Notes under the pieces: model-generated
What the model was told of the DNA's origin: nothing
Seen by the model: the letters and a program-made list of their open reading frames with translations, nothing else
Database searches by the model: none
Shown here: in pieces, positions 14,600 through 26,429 of the stretch
Numbering within the stretch: position 1 is the first letter of the stretch
Layout: the number at the start of each line of letters is the position of its first letter
Position numbers and translations under genes: made by a program
Assembly: GCA_010405405.1 (NCBI GenBank)
Contig: MU004238.1
Coordinates: 1,065,530-1,129,529, forward strand
Length of the DNA stretch: 64,000 nucleotides
Reading direction: 5' to 3'
DNA from: Microthyrium microscopicum
Lineage: Eukaryota

Positions 14600-15508
14600 A
14601 TGTCGGCCAGAAGAGACCTTTCTGGTGGTAACTTTACAGCCACCATTCACTCCACAACCTACGAATACATATCTCCACTGAGGCTTGATCTAGCCGGCAA
14701 ACATGTCCTGATCACAGGCGCAGCTTGGGAAAATGGAATCGGATATGCCACAGCTACCGCTTTTGCATGTGCTGGAGCGTCTGCAATCGCTTTGGCTGAC
14801 CTGTATGGCATAGCGGACGACCTCCCTGTGAAATTGAAGACAGCTGCAACGGACGCTGGGCGCCCGGAGCCTGTGGTCTTGACATGTACGGTTGACATTG
14901 CACAGCCAGATAGTGTTCAGGCGATGTATGACACCGTGTCACAAGGCTTTGGTGGACGTCTGGATATTGTAGTGAACAATGCAGCCCACCAGGAACCATA
15001 CAAGCCACTCCTCGAAGCAGACGCAGATGTGTATTGGCGGACTTGGGAAGTCAACATCCGGGGGCTCATCAACATGACGCGCATATTCCTACCTATGCAA
15101 CTCTTATCCCGTGCTAGTGACAACGGTTTATGCACAATAATCAATGTATCCTCTTCAGGCGCCTTGACCGCTCGTCCTGGAAGCGGCAGTTATCGAAGTT
15201 CAAAACTGGCAATATTGAGATGGACGGAAACTCTGCAGCTGGAATACGGTGACAAGGGACTGTTGACATTTTGTGTGAATCCGGGTGCGATCAGGACAGA
15301 GATTACCCGGAATGAGCCCCAGGAATTGCGGGATGCATTACCACATCGTCCAGATATAGCCGGCGACACGATTACCTGGCTGGCAGCTGAACGTAAGGAG
15401 TGGCTAGGTGGTAGATACGTTAACTGCCCATGGGATATGGAGGAACTTATGAAGAAGAAAGACGAGATTGTTGAGAAGGATAAACTTAAGATGAGGATGG
15501 CGTTTTAA
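14600..15508 (+). CDS. Short-chain dehydrogenase/reductase (SDR)
   Basis: Intronless 302 aa; TGAxxxxGIG Rossmann motif, NNAA, catalytic S...YxxxK (YRSSK), NPG. Confidence 0.93.
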   Translation: MSARRDLSGGNFTATIHSTTYEYISPLRLDLAGKHVLITGAAWENGIGYATATAFACAGASAIALADLYGIADDLPVKLKTAATDAGRPEPVVLTCTVDIAQPDSVQAMYDTVSQGFGGRLDIVVNNAAHQEPYKPLLEADADVYWRTWEVNIRGLINMTRIFLPMQLLSRASDNGLCTIINVSSSGALTARPGSGSYRSSKLAILRWTETLQLEYGDKGLLTFCVNPGAIRTEITRNEPQELRDALPHRPDIAGDTITWLAAERKEWLGGRYVNCPWDMEELMKKKDEIVEKDKLKMRMAF

Positions 15509-15619
15509 GGCCATGCCTCTGAAAAGAGCCGAAACCATAAGCAAAGATCAACTCGATGACAGAACGAGCGACAATGCACAAGCCAAGCAATTGAGTTGCT
15601 TGAGCAGACTGGCGGATCA

Positions 15620-16150
15620 ATGAAAAAGCAGGCCATCAGAAGCAAGCTTACGAAGGAATACCAGCTGAGCGAGGAGGATGACCACCAAAAGCATATCGTG
15701 GAAGATGCATCGCTCAAACTCAAGCCATGCGACAAGGCTAAAGTTGTTAGGCCTATTGCAGCAATTGGACAAATATTCCTTACCTCTACATCAACAACCG
15801 GTTCCGCGGCAAATGAGATTGGAGTTCTTGCGCCTATATCAGAGCCCGAAATTGGAAGCCTGTTTCGCGATATTCTTCGCGCATTTGATCGTGATTGTGT
15901 GGACGAGGCTAAAATCAAGGTCTTTCTGGAAACCGATCGCGCAACGTATAGTGATCACTTCGCCTTTTACCGATCAATTCCAGTCATCTCCCTGCTTGAC
16001 TTCATTCGAGCTGCTTTTCACTACGAGACTGCAAAGAGGAGTTTAGGCCAGATGCGATCTGGCAGCAAGGCAAGTGCTAGACTCAAGCGTCCAGCCGAAT
16101 CAGAGTATTGTGACGAGTCGTCCAAGAGACAGTGCCGAGCGTCCCACTAG
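15620..16150 (+). CDS. Hypothetical protein (orphan ORF)
   Basis: About 176-aa ORF from the first ATG, with a basic C-terminus; no recognisable family. Confidence 0.3.
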   Translation: MKKQAIRSKLTKEYQLSEEDDHQKHIVEDASLKLKPCDKAKVVRPIAAIGQIFLTSTSTTGSAANEIGVLAPISEPEIGSLFRDILRAFDRDCVDEAKIKVFLETDRATYSDHFAFYRSIPVISLLDFIRAAFHYETAKRSLGQMRSGSKASARLKRPAESEYCDESSKRQCRASH

Positions 16151-16607
16151 TTGTAACAGACAGCAACAACCACGACATGTAGGTGATTTTCTGTCCCAAA
16201 TTTGGCGGGACAATTGGTGATTTGGCAACTGATAGGATCCTGGGTGTCTAGGTCATGGGGTTCTTCAACGGAACACCGCGGAATCTACCATTTTTCTTTC
16301 AAGGAGGACTGAAATCTGGTTAGACAGGGTTAGTAGAGAGGCAAATCATAAGAACTTGACATCAATACTTCTCGGCAATGAGGATTATGTATTTGTTCAC
16401 CTGCCAGAAGTGAAGATGTTCAATATGATACAGAGGCTCTTTATGTGCAAAACAAGATCCATGTGAGTCATATAGTCCGCCTATTATGCATACGCCTTGT
16501 GAATGCTAGACAGGCCTTTTCCCATCCGGCTGAGCATAGTGTGACAGTTGTGTTGCGCGCGCGTCGCTCGATCCTTCATGATATTCCGGAAGCCTTTTTA
16601 TGCACAT

Positions 16608-16954
16608 TTACATGCCCATCATTCCGCCACCATTCTTTGAAGCCTCCTCCATCTTCTTCTGCATCAATTGTTGGGACGCTAGGAACTTTGCGACGCATCG
16701 GTCCAGACACACGCTCTCGCCCTTGTTGAGCTCGCCCTCGACGAAGTTTTTGTTGTTTTGAAGCACGCATTTCTTCATACATGATCCCATCATTCTATAA
16801 ACAATCGTGTTAGCAATACAATGATGAATTGGCTCCGGGACGGATTCGCGGACCTGGTGAAGATGTCGGTGCTTGTCTCGAATTCCATGTCAAGCATGGC
16901 GAACTTCTCGTCTTTGGACGGCTGAGGCCGTTGACCACCGAAGATGAACGACAT
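16608..16954 (-). CDS. TIM10: Mitochondrial intermembrane-space small Tim chaperone Tim10 (2 exons: 16954-16854, 16794-16608)
   Basis: Twin CX3C (CMKKC...CLDRC) and [19 protein letters not shown] signature; 59-bp GT-AG intron with GCTAAC branch site keeps frame. Confidence 0.93.
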
Positions 16955-17206
16955 TATGGCAGAAGGTTGGTGAAGTAGATGATGGGGTCTTGAAAGGAGA
17001 GGTTCTTATGATAGAAGCTGAAGATGTTGGAAAAAGTGAGTGGACAGTCTGTGAGTCGAAGTACAGGAGAATCGACGGGCTTTTGGATGTGGTCCAAGCT
17101 TCAAATCGAGATATTTTCTTGCGGACGATTGATTTGCTTCAACTCCAACCTCACTCCAACTTCGTCTCTCATTTTGCTCAAACTACCACTCTCATTTTGC
17201 GAAAGC

Positions 17207-19387
17207 ATGAGGCCATTGAATAGTAGGTACGCTATGCTCCTTTTTTAGTCTTGCTTTTCATGATGATACATGTATAACATTAGAACCGTTGCGACTGAGC
17301 GCAAGCTTTGATCTTACCTACTCAAATCCTGATTCACACCTTAAGCTTTATATTTGTTCTATGTGTTGGTCTACCTTAAGCTAAACATATCCCTACAGAA
17401 TGCGCCCCGGTTATGCGCTTCGGACCACTCGAATTCTTCGCCGGTACTATAGTAGCAGTAGGAATGCATCCTCCATCACACCATCTGTTTCTGCGCCAGG
17501 GTTGCTTTGGGCCGCGGAATCCTTTCCCCAACGAGTTAACGAGCTGAAAGAATACTATCATGACAACGACACTGTTAAGCATGGAGACTCCATGTATCCG
17601 CGGCTCCCACGCATGGAAGGCTTTATTGGCCCGAAGAGGTTTCCAAGCCTTGTTAGAGATCTGGCCGCCAAACAGGCGTCTACAGACTCTTCCAATATCG
17701 AGGGCTCGCCAAGCTCGCAGATCGCAACCCACCTATGGAGCCTTGTTGGTTTGTCACACTCTACTTAGTGTGAATTTTGGCTAATTGGAACAGGTCGGGT
17801 GGACGCTGTTCGCACGCACGGTAAACATCTGATTTTTATCGACTTGACCCGGGACGAGCGGACCATTCAAGTAATGTGCAATTACAAGTCCTTTGAACGA
17901 AAAGATGCAGATCAAGGGAAGGAACCTGGTCCCGCGATCGAACAGGCATGGGAGAAATTTGCCAAAACAGTTAAGCCTAGAGATACATATGGTCAGTGGA
18001 TTTGAAAGTCATCGTGAAGAAATCTAACACCTTCTGAGCCTTCACCGGGCGCCCTATGACCACTTCATCCGGACAATCAACCCTTGAGTGCAAGCGCCTT
18101 CCAACTTTGCTAGCTCCGTCACTACACCAAAGGCCTGATAATATCAAGGATCGTCAAACTTTGGCTAGATTCCCCCAACTCGAGCTTGATCAAAGTATTG
18201 AAAAACGTCGTCTCATAAAGCTACGACATGGGATTCTGAAGTATCTACGCTGGTACTTGCATGGGGCCCACTTTGTTGAAGTGAATACACCTATCATCGC
18301 TGCAGATGCTGGCGGTGCTGTCGCGAAACCATTTGTTACACGAGGAAACAAGACGTCGGATCAAGACTTGTTCCTGAGAATTGCGCCAGAGTTAGAACTC
18401 AAAAAACTCATAGCTGCTGGTATGGACCGAGTCTACGAAATCGGTCCTAGTTTTCGCAATGAAGGTAGGTCTTTGTTTCTCGTCTTGCCTCACTTGTACA
18501 AAACTAACTGTTCGATAGGTCTAGACGCAACCCACAACCCGGAGTTCAGTATTTGCGAATTTTATATGGCGTTTGCTTCTTTGAGCTCAATTATGCAAAG
18601 GACTGAAATAATTTTACGCCAGCTCGTCGAACGGTTTACTGTTTCACCTGGCGACCAGCTGCCACTACCCGAATATCTACCTACACTAAAAAATCTATCA
18701 TCTACGATGAAGGAAAGTTTTCCAAAGATACAATTTCTCCCAAAGTTAGAAGAGATATTGCATGAACAAGCCGAGCTAGCAGATTTTCATTTCCAACAGC
18801 CACTGACTACTGAATCACTACAATCAGTCATCGATATTATGCCCAAACTCGGCATCAAGCAAGAACAAATTGGCAATGATCCCAAAGTTCCTCACATCCT
18901 CGACCTTCTTGCTAGCCATCTCCTCGAGCCACTATGCGACAAGCCCTCCTTCATCGTCAACTATCCAGCCATCATGTCACCTCTTGCCAAGTCATATATA
19001 TGCCCCCAAACCGGCATTGAACTCTCTGCTCGAGCTGAGTTGTTCATTCATGGAACCGAGGTGGCCAACATGTACGAGGAGGAGAACAATCCTTTCGTTC
19101 AGGCACGCAAATTTCTTTTACAGCAGCTCGATTCTCTCGACAACACTGCGCAGGCACTGGAACGCTTGGGCGGATCCACCCTTGACGAGCTATCACATCA
19201 ACAAATCGTGAACTTGCTGACGCCTGGCCAACGGTACTATATTCGTGTACTGGAGATGGGTCTACCCCCTACAGGTGGATGGGGATGCGGACTGGATCGA
19301 TTGGTCATGCTGCTTGGTGGTGCTAAGCGGATTGAAGAGGTATTGCCATTTGGCAACTTGAGGCATGTCATTGCAATGGGAACGTAA
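17207..19387 (+). CDS. MSK1: Mitochondrial lysyl-tRNA synthetase, class II (exons 17207-17226, 17399-17748, 17794-17991, 18039-18464, 18519-19387)
   Basis: GGAVAKPF, FLRIAPELELKKL, FRNEGLDATHNPEF, GLPPTGGWGCGLDRLVM; Arg/Ser-rich presequence. All introns keep frame; intron 3 needs a GAG acceptor; an alternative start exists at 17400. Confidence 0.92.
17255..17337 (+). ncRNA. Intronic box C/D snoRNA with two antisense elements to LSU rRNA
   Basis: Box C ATGATGA 17260-17266, D' CTGA 17295-17298, D CTGA 17329-17332. Guides AGAACCGTTGCGA and CTACTCAAATC are complementary to conserved 25S/28S sequences UCGCAGCGGUUCU and GAUUUGAGUA(G/A), recalled from known fungal rRNA. Lies in the 172-bp intron 1 of LysRS. 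Confidence 0.82.
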
Positions 19388-20093
19388 GTGTAAGAGTATT
19401 GTATGTATCTACTATGGAACCATGTTAACAACCTAGTTGCCTTCTCGTGATTGCGTCGAACTCATGTGCTTCAAGACTAAGCCGGTTGCTTCACTTCCTT
19501 TCTGTTAGTTCCTATACCGACCATCACTGCCTTAGAACTATATCTGGTGTACATTCCATTCCATCTAACTCTCCATCGTTGACCACCAATGATGCCCAAA
19601 GGGCTCAGAGTCGTATGCGTTTCCAAAACGCCTCACTCACTCAGGGCGTTCCTTCTCGAAGCAGCTACACAGCGTTAGGCTTTGGCACCATAAAGTCGTA
19701 ACTGCAATTGTATCGCTCCATATTTGCTTCAAAGAGATCCTCACACTCTCACTAACTCAAGATAGAGCCTGAATAGGCTCTCAGCATCCATAAGCTGATG
19801 CCTATCTTTGCCATATTCCTCGGTTCTTCTCGTAGCCTTCTCAGCTTTCACCTGTAACCTTCTTCTACCTTCTGCCTGCTTCGTATCCTGTTTATGCAAC
19901 CTCTCCTCTCTTTGCCTATGCCGTCCCCTCTCCTCTACCTTATCTTCAACCAGCTTCTCTAACACAAGTCCTCAATCTGTGTTGTTATAACCTTGCTGCC
20001 TTTTTCTCTCACCCCTTTGCCTACTTCCCTACTCTTAAATCTTCTTATTCTTTATATTAAGAGTTTCTATTCTTATAAGAGAAAGTCATCATT

Positions 20094-21051
20094 ATGAGCT
20101 GGTCAAAGTCTACTAATGAACGGCAATCTTTTGCAAAGATCACCAACCGAATGATCATTCAATTCAAGTAAGTCTCTTATACTCTAGCCGCTATCTTATT
20201 ATCAATCTTTAACAAAATCTAGAAGCACTACGACTCGCTCCAAGCAATTCCTCCATGGCTTAGAGGCAAAAACCTCATTCGATGAGCTTACCACCCCTGA
20301 GCAAGCAGACTATCTGCTGTCTAATCCAACCCCAAACATCCTCGCCCATGTCCCGATGAACGAGTCACTCACGGAGTTCTGGCGAGATAGTCATGGCAGA
20401 GCTTTTGACCCGGCCGCCACAGCTACACTGACCTCCCACGAGGTCACGGCTTTCACTATGGCCATGCAGTCAATGAAAAGTCGCCTGGGAAAACTCAGCC
20501 AGTCATCATCCTCCACGAAAAACAACTTTTCTGTCACGGAAAAACAACTCGACTCCATGCTGCAACGACTAAGCTTGACGTTTTGGTCAATCAATGCGCC
20601 CAATGCTGGCAATCTCTCTCCCGCCGTAGAGACAGAGAGCGCTCTTGCGACGCTTTGCAATGATGACCATGTTGTACAGTCAATCGAAGACTCTCCTCAT
20701 GATGCCAAGCCAGCCAACCTCGCCACACCGGGGTTTGATCAAGACGGATTCCGCCGTCCAGAACTCCCCAAGAAGCACCGACTGTCTCAGACGGGCTTCA
20801 GAACCCCTCCTGAGGCTGACTCTGATGATGAGTCTGATATTCAACATGACGCACCACCAAAACGTCGCCGCGTCCACCCTCCCACTGTTGCCTGTAAGCC
20901 CAAAACCACCGGAAAAGCCAGAAGTGAGCGAGGCATGACAGTATCCAACATCATCCCCGGCCCGCGAACAAGACGCAACCGCGGTGGAGTACCACCACGC
21001 GACTGGCGTCCCTCGCAAGTTCGAGCGCTAAAAGATCTTGAGCGTCATTAG
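20094..21051 (+). CDS. Hypothetical protein, ~300 aa (exons 20094-20167, 20223-21051), disordered basic C-terminus
   Basis: GTAAGT...CTAG intron joins an upstream ATG exon in frame to ORF 20356-21051; NLS-like PPKRRR; no family recognised. Confidence 0.55.
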
Positions 21052-22030
21052 CTCGTCAGCTTCCCTCTCCTGCCCGGGCAGTGAGTCAACTGGCATCTTC
21101 TTATCTACCCATACTATCATTCTTTGGTATTCTGCATACCTACTTCTGGTAAGCCAAGTCGTATTTCTGTTCATGTCCTAATCTATTCTAACTTTAGAGC
21201 AGGTTTGCTGGCTTGTTTGATTGCTAGCTTGTTTTATTGCCCTTTAGCTTCTTTCTATGAAGTCTATTCTATACCTCTATATAGAGTTAAGAATTTACTT
21301 CTTGCTATTACTTATGAATAGTTAGGCAAGTTGCTTACTATTTATTTATAGCTTAAGCTTTTTTTAGGTTTAGGCGATAAAGAAAGGTTCTCTAAGTCTA
21401 AAAAGGCTAAAGAAAAAAAGGTTTAGGGAGAAGGAAAATAGGGTTTGACTTTGAACTTTGGAAAAAGGACTCAGAAAACAGAGAGAAGGAAGAAAATGGT
21501 TGTTTGTTTGCATTTTCTATTTCCCTGTCTTCACCACAAGAAGAGAGATATTCCCCAGCAATTCATTTACATTTACAATCCAAATGCTTAACCAAGTGAC
21601 CATCTGCTGCACTCAAGCAAGTCAAATCATGCTACATTTTGTGGCGAGATGACCGTCTTTGAAATTCTCGCTTGCTAGACCAAAATCTCCAACATCCCAA
21701 CCTATTCATGCTCAACGAGACTTCGACCATGGCGATGTATATTGAGAAAAAATCCACCAAGCTCGGGATTGAATGGTTGTATGATGGAACTGAATTTTCA
21801 AAATGCTGCTGCCAACAGGCAATTCCGCGACTGGATTCTTAACTTTAACTTCAAGATAGAAAACATCAAGCCATCTTTAAACATCAAGATCGTCCTTGCG
21901 CTCCACTATAGAACGACGTGTCAAGCATTTTGAGTCCCACAAGCAATGTATTACAAAAGTTATGCCAGGCTATCAAAACACGCCATTCCACTTCGTTCGT
22001 GTTAATCATCACATCGTTAAACATAACTAT

Positions 22031-23149
22031 TCAGGCACTCTCTCTCCGATGCGGATCATGCAGCTCGTAGGGTGGCGGCGGATCTGTAGGTAATCTGCCC
22101 ACTCTCACACCCACTCCTGCTCCCGCACCTGCTCTCGCCGATTCCGCTTTGCGCTCTCGCTGCTTTGCTAGCCGGGCTGGCGCTGCATCTCCTAGTATCA
22201 GCGCCCACACCGTCCGCGCATCACCCGATGCCTCCGCGATACGCACTTTGCCCTCTGATGCGAGCGCATAGCCACCAAATGCCACCTTGGCTAATTGGAT
22301 GGCAGGAGATACCAAGTCAAGTGCTAAATGCTCTTGAAGATAGGCTGCGAGTGCTGCTGTGAATGGTCCAGTGATTGGGGTGCGTGTGTCCGAAGTGCTG
22401 GTTGGTGCCGTGCCAACTGCGCGAAAGGGTAAGATGTCGTCTTGTGCGATACCAATATCTAAACCCCGAAGATTGGGAGCAGCAGTTGGGAATGCAAGTT
22501 GGATCTGAATGGCTTTCGGTACCGCAGTCTGCGGGTTGGTTGCTGCGCGGGTGGCCGTGCGCGACAGGACAGCCTCGAGGGCACGCGAGATTAAAGAGGC
22601 GCGCAAATGCATGGGTGTGATATGTGTGTCGAAAGTAGTGGTGAGATATGTAGTGAATGCCTCGCGCAAAGGGGCGGGCATCTTGACGAGTAGAAGCGGT
22701 AGTCGGGTGAAGCCAGGCTCAGAGCTCTTGTCACGCGCTTGGCCAAGCAATATGGCAGAGTAGGTGATGCGTTCGTAGAGAATCTGAACGTGCACGCCAC
22801 GAGCCTCGGGGATGCCAATGGGAGCAATCATGGAAATGTCATCTTCGTCCTCATCGTCCACAGCATGGGCGCGTGTCCAGGCTTCTTCATCGCCGAGTAG
22901 ATCCCAGGTACAATTTTTGAAGGCGCCAGTTGAGGAGCTTGGCGCTGATGTGGAATTTTCTATTTCAGCGGCGATTTGAAAGCCGCGCAAAGTATCGCCT
23001 TTCACGATGTCGCGAAAGCGACGCGCATGAATGGCGAGGCTGTCGAGGATGGGAGCGTTGCCATTGTACAAAGGAGAGACGCGAAAGACGTGAAATGTTG
23101 TGCCATACAAAGGGTAGGGCTCCGATTCTCTAGTATTCCGAGGAGCCAT
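22031..23149 (-). CDS. FTA1: Inner kinetochore protein CENP-L / Sim4 complex subunit Fta1
   Basis: 372-aa ORF; N-terminal YGTTFHVFRVSPLY, LPLLLVKMPAPLREAFTTYLTTTFD and ALASEGKV blocks typical of fungal CENP-L. Confidence 0.75.
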   Translation of the reverse strand: MAPRNTRESEPYPLYGTTFHVFRVSPLYNGNAPILDSLAIHARRFRDIVKGDTLRGFQIAAEIENSTSAPSSSTGAFKNCTWDLLGDEEAWTRAHAVDDEDEDDISMIAPIGIPEARGVHVQILYERITYSAILLGQARDKSSEPGFTRLPLLLVKMPAPLREAFTTYLTTTFDTHITPMHLRASLISRALEAVLSRTATRAATNPQTAVPKAIQIQLAFPTAAPNLRGLDIGIAQDDILPFRAVGTAPTSTSDTRTPITGPFTAALAAYLQEHLALDLVSPAIQLAKVAFGGYALASEGKVRIAEASGDARTVWALILGDAAPARLAKQRERKAESARAGAGAGVGVRVGRLPTDPPPPYELHDPHRRESA

Positions 23150-23220
23150 TTCTCGACATATTGATTGATCAGTGGTGGTTGAAGGTTGTCTAGGAATGGG
23201 ATTGTTTGGGGAGAAGTTAC

Positions 23221-23234
23221 ACGCGACGACGCGT
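23221..23234. promoter_or_regulatory. Tandem MCB-like elements (ACGCGA, ACGCGT) upstream of FTA1
   Basis: acgcgacgacgcgt about 70-85 bp upstream of the ATG. Confidence 0.45.
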
Positions 23235-23641
23235 CTAGGCTACAAATAGAGCTAGCCGCGCGCTAGTACGGGTCGGGCCGCGTTTCAGCCCCTTTGCTGC
23301 TGCTGCTGCTGCTGCTTCCGCTGCTGACTGCTGAATAATACATGTATCTTCCAACAACAGACGATGGTATGCTGTTCCATAAATAATTGACAATAACCAT
23401 CGAAGTGAGCTAACGTTCTCTGATGTCGACCATCTGTATCGAATCTCGACCAGCAGCTTCCCCATCAACAAGCCGACAATAAAACAGCAACCCACATGAA
23501 CCCAGTGCTCTCCCTCCTTCCTCATGACAACTGGCAGGCCTAACCCCCCTTCAGCACAAAGACAGCATCATCGGGTTGAGCGTTGCGAGGACCAAGACCT
23601 ACGTATCCATCAGACGTTCCCATGAATCCCCCACCTGGCTC

Positions 23642-24292
23642 TTATTGCAACCCAGTGTGTGAATACTGCCTTGGCCAGATCTGCTCTTTCAAGTAAGAAA
23701 TGCGTTCGCCAATTCCGCTTGCGTCTAGAATATCCAGGGAAGATTTGGTCAATAAACGAGTCGTTGAAGTTCGCTCGATTTCATCGCTACCTAGTGGCTC
23801 TATACCTAATGCTCGATAATGCTCCCAATACTCCTCCTGCTTGTCATTATCATCAGTGGGTGCTGGAGGAATGTGAAAGAGGAGCATCTGAAGAGCAAAG
23901 CCAATGAGATCCTCGTCCACGTCATCGTCCAATTGAAACCTGTATGCTCAAACTATGGCTTGCAGTGGCGGAATCTCAGCCGGGTAGGTAGAATTTCTAT
24001 AAACGTAATTTTCAAAGAAGTGAAGCATCCAATCGTCGTCTAGAATGCCGTCTGCATCTTGTGCCTGGACTACTAATCTTGGCACATGATCAACCCCAAG
24101 CCCGGGGACGAAGAGGCTCAGACCTCTGATAGACGGACCGGCGTCGAAGGCATAGAACACTCTTTTGTCCGCCTGCCCACAAGGTATGGGGCTTGCTCTG
24201 GCAGTACGACCTATGAATTCTGCAGGAGAGTTTGATACCCAAGACTGACTAGCTTTAAAAAGCCCGTTGAGGAACCATATATCTTCAGTCAT
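23642..24292 (-). pseudogene. About 216-codon reading frame split by a single in-frame TGA (23948-23950)
   Basis: ORFs 23948-24292 and 23642-23932 are in the same frame: ...ATA GTT TGA GCA TAC AGG TTT CAA TTG GAC... Confidence 0.4.
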
Positions 24293-26429
24293 CGGAGAAA
24301 GAAGATCGCGGATACTGCCCGGAGAGTGTCGGATTCGGAACAGATATATAACCCCCTCGTAACTGGTTCAAAGTCGGTTTATCAGCTATCTCTAGCACTT
24401 CGTCATTTCTAAGCCTTGGATGATTCAAGTCATTGATATCCAAATCAGGAAGCGGGTAATTCAAGTCTGTTGTTGGGCAATCATGTGTAGCTCGCTTCCA
24501 ATTTCCCGCACCAACTCCCTCGTAAGCCAATCTTTGCAACTGGAAAACGTCATTGGTCTTCCATTCGAGGGACTTGTAACCATTATGGTTGAAATGTTCC
24601 GCGATGGTCGGTAGAACTGTGCCAACGATCATTATGAGTACGCCGATAGCAAGCGTGAGAATCAATCCTAGCACACTAAAGTTCATATACGAGTTGCTGC
24701 GGATCTTTTGCGTGGTGCATAACTTTTTCTGGTCTGTCGTGTTGAGCTTTTTGACAAATCGATTCACTGAGGGATCCCCTGGTCCTGTTGCTTGAAGTAC
24801 GATGTTCTGTTGCATATCAGCCAATGCGACTTTGAACCAGTTTTCGACTTCTAGCTCCCACTGATTGTTGGCAAGAGCTGGCTGGAGCGACAGGAACTTG
24901 GCAGTCCGGCCTAAAAGAGAAGTGATTCCAAGATTTGTAACAACGCCGCCGGGACTGGCTGCTTGTGACAGAGCTTGAAGTGTCCAGTTAAAATAAGCCT
25001 GATTTTCTGTGTCGAAAAGCCCATAGGCAGCCTCCTGTGCTGGAACTGCACCGGTAAGAGGAGTGCAGGTAGCATTGGGTACGGCATTCGGGTTGCAGTA
25101 CTGATACTTGGACACGCAGCCGAGAACGCGCATGAAATCATCACGGTAGTAACGCTCTTGAGAGGGGCCCCCAGCCACGTTAACCACGTCAAATTTTTGA
25201 TGGACTGAGTACCATGGATCATCGACTGGACTGGCAAATGATATGTCGTTAAGAGACATGAAGTATAGCTGTACATCTCCAATCGCTGGTTGCAGCTCTG
25301 AAATTGGCTTGAAGGAACTGAAGCCATTGATGAATTTGCCATCGCTACCTGTGAATGAAGTTTTTACACTTTGACTATCAGATTACTATAATCTCAACTA
25401 AGTGAACGCAACTTACGTCAAAGAGTACTCAATATTTGCGTATCGCGTCGGGTCTGCAGATGGCCATTCGGCTGGGTATTGATAAGTTTTGTTTCCAATT
25501 ACAGAGGCATTGCCATATTGTGATGCGTAGCCATAGAGAAAGTTCACATATGTGCGAGTAGAGTTGAGCGTCCCATTCAATGACTGAAGGGCTGTATAGT
25601 TCTCGTGTTGTATCGGTATACATTCCATAGTCGTACGAAAGCTGAATTGCTGTTCAGGCTTCGTGTTTATCCCCAGATCAGATTGGCTGTTTAGAAAGCC
25701 AGAATCCAAGGTGATCCCCGAGTTGTTGCGACATATGTCTCCTTGCCCTGGAAATGGACAAGACATGTTCCTGGTGATAGTATACGGTAATGATGGCTTT
25801 GGGAAGGTCGGACAAGCTTGTTGAAACGAGCCGTTATTGTCATAGCATTGTTGGGCATAAGTATACGATGACATGATCCGACGACTCTGAAAGGCCACTT
25901 GACTGGCATAATCTGAGGTAGGATTGGCGTTAGAAGTATTGACCACAATCAGGCCACAACTGTCACCACGTAGAAGAACCTCGACGCCATTTGACATGGC
26001 AATCCGGGAAGAGAAGACGCCCGCCACGTGGAAGCCAGCATTGAGGATAAAGCTTGCGGCGAGAAATGGAAAGAAGTTGGTGAATATCCTCGATTGTTTA
26101 TGTTTGCGCCATCCTAATGAAAGATCCCAAAACTTCCAGAACCCAGACACAGGACTTCCCGCATTGCACAAGGCGACCTGACGCTGGTGATAGATGACAT
26201 TTTGACCAGTATGCCGGCTTAGCAATTGGTGAGACGCGAACCGAAAGATATCCCAAATGTAGGAGCCGGTTAAGGAAACGAATATGGCGATGAAGGCTAT
26301 GAATAGATTGCCGTGTCCTGTTGTGAGTGTGAGGGAGTACTTCTGAGCTCCTGAGTGGGAGTAGTCGGTCCAGAATCCAAGATGGACGTCATCACCGCTG
26401 ACATTGAGTGGAGCGTCCGAGAAGCTCAT
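24285..26429 (-). CDS. Conserved ascomycete membrane glycoprotein of unknown function, 700 aa (exons 26429-25417, 25374-24285)
   Basis: GFWTDYS...LTLT N-terminus, two N-terminal TM segments, Cys-rich luminal region with DDPWY, C-terminal TM (NFSVLGLILTLAIG) and EWKTNDVFQLQRLAYE; 42-bp GTAAGT-AG intron keeps frame. No P450 heme motif is present. Confidence 0.85.

Noticed and set aside
23296..23332. (GCT)n microsatellite giving a poly-Ala ORF at 23235-23525
   Set aside because: Simple repeat in intergenic DNA; no support for the ORF
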